64,000 nucleotides of DNA, from assembly GCA_027068075.1 (NCBI GenBank), contig JAMOUJ010000006.1:462359-526358 (forward strand). The letters are read 5' to 3'. The DNA comes from Candidatus Aminicenantes bacterium. Lineage in GTDB: Bacteria; Acidobacteriota; Aminicenantia; S016-38. The notes beneath the pieces were generated by a model, which saw only the letters and a list, made by a program, of their open reading frames with translations, was not told where the DNA came from and searched no databases. Of this stretch, positions 47,167 through 54,209 are shown piece by piece. Position 1 is the stretch's first letter. Each line of letters opens with the position of its first letter. Position numbers and translations under genes: made by a program.

Positions 47167-48027
47167 ATGTCAAGAATAGGTAAATTTATGGTGACTTTAG
47201 CCCTGCTTTCTTTTCTATCTGGAAAAAGCGTGAAAATTGCTGTGGTAGGGATAACAAATGTCTCACAGTTTGGCCAACCATTCCGTTCAGAAAGGGCTCT
47301 TGAAAGTTTAGGAATTACACAAGACCTATTATCTTCCTATGCAGAAGAGGTTTTAACTACGCTTATAGCATCTCAAACTCCTTACATTGTAGTAGAAAGA
47401 AGAAAAGTCCTTACTCTAATAAAAGAGCAAGATTTTAATCGCTCTGGCCTGGTTAATAATTCTGATATGGCAGTAAGGTTAGGAGAACTCTTAGGGGCGA
47501 ATTATATAGTAACGGGATCCATTGTAAATATTGGAAGGGAAAGGAGAAGGTTTCGAGGGTATGGAATCTCTACTGAAAGTATAGTCTATTTTGTAGAGGC
47601 TTCACTTAAAATGTTAGATGTCAATACCGGAGCTATAGTTAAGGCTGGATTATATGATGCCGAGTTTAGGGTTCAAGACACAGGTTTTAGCCAAAGTTCT
47701 AATACATTAGCAGTAAGAAAACTACTTAAAATAGCCTTTCAAAAATTTGTGCAAGATTTAAATAATTACTATGCCTCCTCCTATGGAAACAAAGGCAAAA
47801 AAGAAAGACGAAACCGAGTATTAAGAATAGATGTTATTTCTGAGCCTGAAGGAGCGGAGGTGGAAGTTGATGGTATATATATGGGAAGCACACCATGTAA
47901 AATAGAAGTAGAAAGGGGAAAGATTGTATCCGTCTCCATTGCATTAGAAGGATATGAAACTTGGAAGAAAAAAGTCAAAGCCATAGAAGGGTTAAGAATA
48001 AAAGTAAAGTTAAAGAAAAAAGAGTAG
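47167..48027 (+). CDS. CsgG/LpoB-like domain plus C-terminal PEGA domain protein, exported
   Basis: KIAVVGITN ... YIVVERRKVLTLIKEQDFNRSGLV ... LGANYIVTGSI (CsgG-like), and ISEPEGAEVEVDGIYMGSTPCKIEV (PEGA). Confidence 0.6.
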   Translation: MSRIGKFMVTLALLSFLSGKSVKIAVVGITNVSQFGQPFRSERALESLGITQDLLSSYAEEVLTTLIASQTPYIVVERRKVLTLIKEQDFNRSGLVNNSDMAVRLGELLGANYIVTGSIVNIGRERRRFRGYGISTESIVYFVEASLKMLDVNTGAIVKAGLYDAEFRVQDTGFSQSSNTLAVRKLLKIAFQKFVQDLNNYYASSYGNKGKKERRNRVLRIDVISEPEGAEVEVDGIYMGSTPCKIEVERGKIVSVSIALEGYETWKKKVKAIEGLRIKVKLKKKE

Positions 48028-48275
48028 TATCTTGTTCAATCATGGAAAAGTTAAGAACATCTTTTTCTTAGGGAGAAAAGGGAAATGCTCAGTTCTGAAT
48101 CGTTGTCTCTAACATTACCAGCACCCGCCCCGAAGGTTCATTTAGCGCATTCCGCTTTCGCGAAACTTTCCTACGCTCCCAGAAAACTCTATTCCGCCCT
48201 CGCCGACCTCGTCCAATCCCGCCTCCAAAAAGCAAGGAGCCTGTGAGATAGGAGCAAATAAAAAAGGAGTGAACT

Positions 48276-48779
48276 ATGGGAAGTTTATCGACTTGGCAAA
48301 TAATTGGGGCAATAGGGTCTATTATAACTGCCATTTTTGTCATGTTAACTTACTTTCTCCAGAGAAAAGGAATAAAAACCTCCCTTGAAGTTTCGGTTAA
48401 TGTGAGAGATATTATGTCTTTTTCTTCTGGAACGGCTCAAAAGAATGAGAAAGGACCTTTTGTCTTTATAATTGTCAGAAACCCAGGGTTGAGGGATGTA
48501 AAAATAGTTCGGATTTCCTTTTATTTTTCAAGGTTAGGTAAAAAGAAATTATTTATGTATTCCCATATCAAAAGTGAGCAAGGTTTACCGTGTATAATAA
48601 AAAGTGGTCAAGATTGTAAATTTTGGTTCCCTGTCTCTTTAGTTAAAGAATTGGCGAAGCAAGAAAATCTCTCCTTTCCAACAAAAATAAGGGTTGTCAT
48701 AGCAGATGCTTTAGAGGAAAAATTTGAAAGCAATTCATTGAAAATAGAAGCCTCAGAGGAAAGAAACCACGGAAAATAA
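48276..48779 (+). CDS. Hypothetical N-terminally anchored membrane protein
   Basis: AAGGAG RBS and N-terminal TM WQIIGAIGSIITAIFVMLTYF. No recognisable domain. Confidence 0.5.
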   Translation: MGSLSTWQIIGAIGSIITAIFVMLTYFLQRKGIKTSLEVSVNVRDIMSFSSGTAQKNEKGPFVFIIVRNPGLRDVKIVRISFYFSRLGKKKLFMYSHIKSEQGLPCIIKSGQDCKFWFPVSLVKELAKQENLSFPTKIRVVIADALEEKFESNSLKIEASEERNHGK

Positions 48780-48842
48780 CGAAGTGAGGATCGTCTATGA
48801 AATTCTGTCCAATGGTGCGTCAAGCCCCTTGTAAAAACTCCT

Positions 48843-48883
48843 GAAATCTCCAGGGGCGTCTGGGAAATTTCCGGGAAAGAAAG
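48843..48883 (+). repeat. Repeat X, copy A (two GAAATYTCC half-sites; includes palindrome GGAAATTTCC)
   Basis: About 80 percent identical by eye to 50029-50071, in the same orientation. Confidence 0.7.
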
Positions 48884-48906
48884 AGCATTCCTCAATCAGA
48901 GGCAAG

Positions 48907-48948
48907 TTTTACCCTACAAGCGGGCAAAAATCAAGTTTTGTAGGGTAA
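48907..48948 (+). repeat. 42-bp imperfect palindrome H, copy A (TTACCCTACAA ... TTGTAGGGTAA)
   Basis: 37/42 identical to 49953-49994. Abuts the stop end (48950) of the nucleotidyltransferase gene. Confidence 0.9.
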
Positions 48949-48949
48949 G

Positions 48950-49945
48950 TCATTGGAGAAGGTCCTCCAGGGATTCTACGAAAGAACTTACCAGGGGAAG
49001 TTTTTCCTTAGTTTCCTTCAATGAAGTTTTTATTCGCCTTTTCCAGGAGGGAGGGAAGGTCTTCCAAAGCCTCAGGAGTTTTTCCTTCTCCTGAGGATTC
49101 TGCAAAATGTATCTACCCACATAAACCGCCTGTTTCAGGTCCTTCTCGGCCTTCCCTGGCTCCTTCCTCCTTCTGGAAACCAAAATTTTGTGGAAGAAGA
49201 ATGCCGATGGTGAAGGAAGTAATATCTTAAGTCCGCGGGCGACCTTTAAAGTTATGCTATCCGAAAGTAATATATCCATGAACCTTAAAATCTGAGGAGT
49301 TACTTTTAGTTCCTTTATAAAAGGAGGCTTGCTTCTTCCCCTTCCCCTCTGGGGCGCGAGAAATTCTATTTTCATCCCATATCCGGTAAAGTAAAGTGAG
49401 CCGTCAGGATTGAAATTTTCTGAAAATCCCAGATCCTTAAGAAGCCCTGAAAGGTTAAACTCCTTTCCCTTATAGGGCAGGGGGATGAGAATGTCCAGGT
49501 CCCTGGTGGTTAGGGGATAATGGGGAACCGAGAGGTATTTCTGATAAAGCCAGAAACACCATGTGCCTATAACCTCTATGCCTTCTTCCCAAAGGCCGCT
49601 TTTGGTAAATTCTCTAAAAAGTTTCTCTATGGGCTGGAGAAAATGAACTTCCCCACTGGGTTTTTCTCTTAACAGTTTTAATGCTTGTCTTACTTCTTTT
49701 AGTTCGGCCTCCAGTTTTTTTCTTTTCTTCAAAGCCTTTAAAAGCTCCTGGGGGACTTCTTTTCCTATATATTCATCAACGAGTTTCCCTTCTTTTCTAT
49801 ATTGGAGATAATAGTAAATCCTATTTCCTTTTTTCTTTTTTTTGATTCTCCCCTTAGGAAGCGACCCAAGGGCGGAAATAATTGAGCGCTCCTGCTGTCT
49901 GTAAAATTCAACCGTTTCATCAAGCATGTGTTTAAGGTCTTTCAC
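48950..49945 (-). CDS. Nucleotidyltransferase-fold protein (GSU2403/AbiEii-like by recollection)
   Basis: Minimal NTase pattern G(T)WCFW...TTRDLDILIP, an N-terminal basic region with IYYYLQYRKEGKLVDEYIG, and a GTG start at 49945. Confidence 0.55.
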   Translation of the reverse strand: MKDLKHMLDETVEFYRQQERSIISALGSLPKGRIKKKKKGNRIYYYLQYRKEGKLVDEYIGKEVPQELLKALKKRKKLEAELKEVRQALKLLREKPSGEVHFLQPIEKLFREFTKSGLWEEGIEVIGTWCFWLYQKYLSVPHYPLTTRDLDILIPLPYKGKEFNLSGLLKDLGFSENFNPDGSLYFTGYGMKIEFLAPQRGRGRSKPPFIKELKVTPQILRFMDILLSDSITLKVARGLKILLPSPSAFFFHKILVSRRRKEPGKAEKDLKQAVYVGRYILQNPQEKEKLLRLWKTFPPSWKRRIKTSLKETKEKLPLVSSFVESLEDLLQ

Positions 49946-49952
49946 ATTATAA

Positions 49953-49994
49953 TTTTACCCTACCAATAAGCAAAAATCAAGTTTTGTAGGGTAA
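49953..49994 (+). repeat. 42-bp imperfect palindrome H, copy B
   Basis: Begins 7 nt beyond the GTG start of the nucleotidyltransferase gene. A TATAAT (minus strand, 49951-49946) lies between the two. Confidence 0.9.
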
Positions 49995-50028
49995 AACTCG
50001 GATTCCTGTCATTTTTTCGGCCTCCACC

Positions 50029-50071
50029 GAAATCCTTAAGAGGCATCTGGGAAATCTCCGGAAAAGGAAAG
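50029..50071 (+). repeat. Repeat X, copy B
   Basis: Direct copy of 48843-48883. Confidence 0.7.
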
Positions 50072-50154
50072 TCGTTGATTGTAAGAAGATGAGGGGAGTC
50101 TGAAATGGAGGGGGCAGACCCCCAGCGGGGGCTGGAGAATCTGCACGTATAACA

Positions 50155-50652
50155 TTATCCCTGAGGCCGAGAGTTGGGCCTGGCGCTCTGATAAGCCCCC
50201 TTCAGTTTCTCTAAGTGCCAGCCGTAGCGTATTTTCTCCTTGAGATGCTGAAGTTCCCTTTCCAGTTCTAAGAGAGCCCCGGTGCATTTCCTCTTCCACC
50301 GGGCGAAGACCCTCGTATTCACTTCGTTCAATTGGGCCTTAATCTCCGGGAGGCCTTCCAGGCAGTATCCCACCGCCAATTCCGCCTCAGGATATCTGTT
50401 TTTCTCCGCTTCCTCCGGGGGCAAGTCCTCAAAAAGATAGGAGTAAATCCCCACATACATGGTGTAAACGCCCAGGACAAAGCGGCAGCGCCTCAGTATC
50501 CAGTAGTTTTCGTATTCAAAGGTTAGGACCGCTATGGTGGCCCAGAAAAGGTCTTTAAGGCCGTACCAGAGGGCGTCCAATTCGTAAAGTGCCCTCCGAC
50601 AAATCTCCTCAACCCTGTGTTTTGCTTCGTCCATTCCCTTGCTCATAACCAC
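50155..50652 (-). CDS. Hypothetical protein (about 163-165 aa)
   Basis: Start is GTG 50652 or ATG 50646. A central hydrophobic segment (WATIAVLTFEYENYWIL...VYTMYVGIYSYLF). GC-rich hairpins (GGGGG/CCCCC) follow the stop. No domain recognised. Confidence 0.45.
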   Translation of the reverse strand: MVMSKGMDEAKHRVEEICRRALYELDALWYGLKDLFWATIAVLTFEYENYWILRRCRFVLGVYTMYVGIYSYLFEDLPPEEAEKNRYPEAELAVGYCLEGLPEIKAQLNEVNTRVFARWKRKCTGALLELERELQHLKEKIRYGWHLEKLKGAYQSARPNSRPQG

Positions 50653-50856
50653 AATTTTAATACCCGATTCAAGTCCCGTTTTGGGGAGGAATACGGCCTT
50701 ATCCCGGTCAGGGCAGAGGGGCTTGGTTCCGTTCCTGGCCCGTTCTTTGTGGTTGGCAACCCGGGCCGGGGAAGGGTGAACCGCATGGTTTTCAGGGGGT
50801 TGACTCAGGACACCTTCGGTAACGGGCGCCAGGGCAGAGGGGGGCGGCTTTCCGCC

Positions 50857-52194
50857 TTACTTCAAGAAAACTTCAATTACGGGAACGGCCACGGCGGGCT
50901 TCCGGATAGGAAGGTGGAGGATTACATCTCCCTTTTCTTCGGTGAATTTCACTTCGGAGGCGTCGTGGAGCAGTTGGGCGTATTCCACTTTCCCGCCGTA
51001 GCCCTCCAGGTGAAGTCTCCCGATGGAGGGCCAGGAGAGAACATGTATGTAGAGGCGTCGGGTTTGGGGGTTGTAGGTTAAAAGGCAGTTGTCGGGTTTT
51101 TTAAATTCGTCCGGTGGTTGGGTGCATCCGTATATGGACCGGCTGTGGTACCTCATCCACCTTCCTATTCCTTTCAGCCTTCGGACGGTTTTCTCCGGGA
51201 AGGCTCCTCTGCCGGTGGGACCCACATTGAGCAGGAGGTTTCCTCCTTTGCTCACCGCTTCTATGAGCATGGTTATCAGTTGGCGGGTGCTTTTCCACCC
51301 GTTGCTGTCCCTCATGTAGCCCCAGTAGCCGGTTATGGTCTGGCAGGTTTCCCAGGGGACCCTGTGCCCACCGTGTTTCACCCATCCCCTGGGCATTACC
51401 TGCTCCGGCGTCCGGTAGTCCCAGCCTCCGGGAAAATCCAGAAGGTCAAGCCTATCGTTGATGATTATCCAGGGCTGGAGGCTTCTTATGAGGCTCAGAA
51501 GTTCGGTGGAGTGCCAATCCTGCCTTCCCTTGCCGTTTTTTCCGGGAAAGGAGAAATCCAGGAATAGCAGGTCCACCCTGCCGAATTGTGTCAGCAGTTC
51601 CCGGAGTTGGTTCTTCATGTACTCCACATAGGCCTTCATGTTTCTATGGCGGTTTTCTTCCCGGGCCTGGTTCGGATTCCGGAAAAGGGGATGGTATTTG
51701 TCCAGGGTGTATTGGGGATGGTGCCAGTCAAGGAGGGAGTAGTAAAACCCCACCCTCAGCCCTGCTTCTCTGAAGGCCTTTACGAAGGGACGGAGGAGGT
51801 CCCTGCCGTAGGGCGTGTTGGTGGCCTTGTAATCGGTGTACTTGCTGTCCCATAGGCAGAAGCCCTCGTGGTGTTTGGCCGTTATCACCGCATAGCGCAT
51901 TCCCGCTTCCCTGGCCAGGCGGGCCCACCGGGCCGGGTCGTAGAGGTCCGGGTAAAAATGGCGAAAATACTTCGTGTATTCTTCTTCCGGGATCTTTTCG
52001 TAGTACTTAACCCACTCGCTCCTTCCGCTCAGGGAATAGGTTCCCCAGTGGATAAACATTCCGAAGCGGGCTTCCTGCCACCACCTCATTCTCCGGGCCT
52101 TTTCCGCCGGGGTCTCTGCGTACTTCCATTTTCTGGCCCCAAGGCTTAAAAGAACCAGGAGCACAAGGGCAGGAATTAGCAGAAGTCGTTTCAT
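50857..52194 (-). CDS. GH29 alpha-L-fucosidase, secreted
   Basis: FGMFIHWG and AKHHEGFCLW motifs, plus a signal peptide. Confidence 0.85.
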   Translation of the reverse strand: MKRLLLIPALVLLVLLSLGARKWKYAETPAEKARRMRWWQEARFGMFIHWGTYSLSGRSEWVKYYEKIPEEEYTKYFRHFYPDLYDPARWARLAREAGMRYAVITAKHHEGFCLWDSKYTDYKATNTPYGRDLLRPFVKAFREAGLRVGFYYSLLDWHHPQYTLDKYHPLFRNPNQAREENRHRNMKAYVEYMKNQLRELLTQFGRVDLLFLDFSFPGKNGKGRQDWHSTELLSLIRSLQPWIIINDRLDLLDFPGGWDYRTPEQVMPRGWVKHGGHRVPWETCQTITGYWGYMRDSNGWKSTRQLITMLIEAVSKGGNLLLNVGPTGRGAFPEKTVRRLKGIGRWMRYHSRSIYGCTQPPDEFKKPDNCLLTYNPQTRRLYIHVLSWPSIGRLHLEGYGGKVEYAQLLHDASEVKFTEEKGDVILHLPIRKPAVAVPVIEVFLK

Positions 52195-52296
52195 TTGGAC
52201 CTCCTGAAGTCTGGGCTTTCTTCGGTCATGTTTAAAATTCTATACCTTTTCCTCCGTTTTAAAAAGCATCGGAGGGAAGGATCGCTCCTGCGCCCC

Positions 52297-53448
52297 TCAG
52301 AAGGAATACTTAACCTCCAGGAAGACCCTGGAGGAGTCCTCCAGCCTTCCGAAGGGGGTTTCAGGGGCACCGTGAAACACCGTGGCCCCTAAGTAAATGT
52401 TTACCCCGTCGGCGAATTGATAGGTAAAGATGGGAAGCAGGAAGTAGTCGCCGTCTCGGAAGTTGTAAACGCTTATCAACTGGAACTTCCAGTATCCCTC
52501 CTTTTTATAGGTGAGAACCAGTGAAGCGGAGCGGGAGGTCTTCTCCTCAAAGGGGCTCATGAGGCCCTCGTGCCACTTGAGAACCCTCTTTTCTATGAAC
52601 TGGAGGTCGGCGGTAAGGTTCGGCGTTGCGGCCCACTCCAGGGCCAGGACATAGTGGATGTAGGGGTTTTTGGTGAAGGGGTCCGTGCCCTCACTGTCCC
52701 CGGTGAGGAAGTAGGCCCCTTCCCCTTTGAGGACGAAACTGCCGATGGCGTAGTCAAAGTCAGCCCCGAAGACCTGCTGGCGGGGATGCTTCATCACCAG
52801 GGCGTGGGTGGACGGGTCAGGGACCACCGAAGGGTGGAGGTCAAAACCGCTCCAGTAGGAGAGAGAGAAGTTCAGGCCCTTTACTTCCGAGGAAAACCTC
52901 AAACCTTCCTGCCAGTTTTCCGGCTTCTGCTCCGGGATCTCTTCCCGGGCACCGGGTACCTCCATGCCCAGGTGGTTGGGCCTGAAGAAGGGCACCAGGA
53001 CCAGTTCCAGGGACGAGTCCCCGAAGTAAAGGTCCAGTTTGGCCGCATCCACCGCCAGGCGGTAGTCTTCAATCTCCGCCGTGATGTTGGTGTAATCCCA
53101 GGGGGTTATGTTGTCGGTGGGGTTTATCCAGTCGGTTTTTCCCCAGAAAACGAACTGCCGTCCCAGCCTCAGGTCCGCCGCCTTCCAGTGGAAGGTTATG
53201 TAGGCCTCCACCGGGTAAATTCTGAGACCCCTTTCGGAAAGGTGGCCTGCCCGAAGGTCAAAGTCAATGGAGGAAAAGAAGTCTATCCTCTGTGTGGACT
53301 TCTTCATGTTCAACTGAAATCGGGACCCGAACCGGGAGAAACCGTAGGGGGAAACCAGGGATTGGTGAGCGTAGAACTTCATGTATCCTGTGAAATCCCC
53401 GGCGGTCAGGCTCAGCCAGGCCAGGAGTAAGAAAACGGCCCTTCTCAT
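52297..53448 (-). CDS. Putative outer-membrane beta-barrel protein of the MMPL operon
   Basis: Signal peptide, beta-strand periodicity, terminal aromatic residue (EVKYSF), and a 4-nt overlap with the upstream gene. Confidence 0.55.
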   Translation of the reverse strand: MRRAVFLLLAWLSLTAGDFTGYMKFYAHQSLVSPYGFSRFGSRFQLNMKKSTQRIDFFSSIDFDLRAGHLSERGLRIYPVEAYITFHWKAADLRLGRQFVFWGKTDWINPTDNITPWDYTNITAEIEDYRLAVDAAKLDLYFGDSSLELVLVPFFRPNHLGMEVPGAREEIPEQKPENWQEGLRFSSEVKGLNFSLSYWSGFDLHPSVVPDPSTHALVMKHPRQQVFGADFDYAIGSFVLKGEGAYFLTGDSEGTDPFTKNPYIHYVLALEWAATPNLTADLQFIEKRVLKWHEGLMSPFEEKTSRSASLVLTYKKEGYWKFQLISVYNFRDGDYFLLPIFTYQFADGVNIYLGATVFHGAPETPFGRLEDSSRVFLEVKYSF

Positions 53449-54209
53449 TTCTTGAGGTTCCTCTTGGTGAACATGGCGGCGGGCAGGCCCTGATCCACCT
53501 TCAGGTTTTCAAACTTCATCTCGCTCTGGCTTTTGGCCTGGAGGTTTTTCATCACCAGGTCCGTCTGAAACCAGGCCCCCTTTATTTTTTTGAACTCCCT
53601 GACCTCCAGGACCTTCCACAGGGCCCCTGTGCGGTCGTAGTATTCCGCCCTCACCACCGACCACTTTTCCGGGTCCACATAGTGGATTATCTTCCCGTAT
53701 TTCGTTTCCTTTTCCACCTTCCTGCTGGCGGGCAGGGCCTCAATCTTGTAAACCTTCTTTCCGTCCAGGTCCACCAGCCCCAGGTTTTCGTACTTCCAGT
53801 CGTCCAGTTTGGGTTTTCCGATGTCGTAGTAACTGAAGTCGGAACCCATGAAGGGACCTCCCTTTCCGCTGGAGGCTATTCTCTTTATTCTCCTGAGGGC
53901 GGGAAGGTAAAGGTATCTTTCGTCTTCCCCCTGGCTGTGCTCCCGCAGGAGAAAGGCCGTTCCGGCCACATCCGGCGGGTAGGTGAACCTCATGAGGGTG
54001 TCGGTTTCGTTCTGGTTTCTTTTTCTGGCGAACATCTTAATTTTCCTTATCCTGGTTTTTCCCCGGGATTCAATCTTTAGGGTCACATCCGCCACCAGGT
54101 CCTTCCAGGAGGCCTTGTTCACCACCCTTTCCATAATTTCCCTGCCGCTGGGCTGGGCCCCCAGCAGGGCACCGGAAAGAATTACCGCAAAAATCAATCC
54201 CCTTTTCAT
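53445..54209 (-). CDS. LolA-like outer-membrane lipoprotein-sorting family protein
   Basis: Size and sequence pattern (RKIKMF...TLMRFTYPPDVAGTAFL...YLYLPALRRIKRI) resemble the LolA_like family commonly paired with MMPL exporters. Overlaps both neighbours by 4 nt. Confidence 0.6.
   Translation of the reverse strand: MKRGLIFAVILSGALLGAQPSGREIMERVVNKASWKDLVADVTLKIESRGKTRIRKIKMFARKRNQNETDTLMRFTYPPDVAGTAFLLREHSQGEDERYLYLPALRRIKRIASSGKGGPFMGSDFSYYDIGKPKLDDWKYENLGLVDLDGKKVYKIEALPASRKVEKETKYGKIIHYVDPEKWSVVRAEYYDRTGALWKVLEVREFKKIKGAWFQTDLVMKNLQAKSQSEMKFENLKVDQGLPAAMFTKRNLKK

Noticed and set aside
48608-48895. 95-aa minus-strand ORF overlapping the 3' end of the 48276-48779 gene and repeat X
   Set aside because: It has no RBS. 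It overlaps a better-supported plus-strand gene (AAGGAG RBS, N-terminal TM). Its start lies within the non-coding repeat region.
48907-49994. Interpretation of the H palindromes as integron attC sites (ends ACCCTAC/GTAGGGT resemble RYYYAAC/GTTRRRY)
   Set aside because: At 42 bp the elements are shorter than typical attC sites. Each core differs from consensus at one position. No intI integrase or attI is visible in the window, and only two copies are seen. I keep this only as one speculative option under the repeat finding.
50653-50856. Possible riboswitch or ncRNA in the G+C-rich 204-nt leader of the 50155-50652 gene (repeated CAGGGCAGAGGGG at about 50710 and 50831)
   Set aside because: I could not recognise any known riboswitch consensus or a convincing conserved structure by eye. 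It would need covariance-model scanning (Rfam/Infernal) to revisit.
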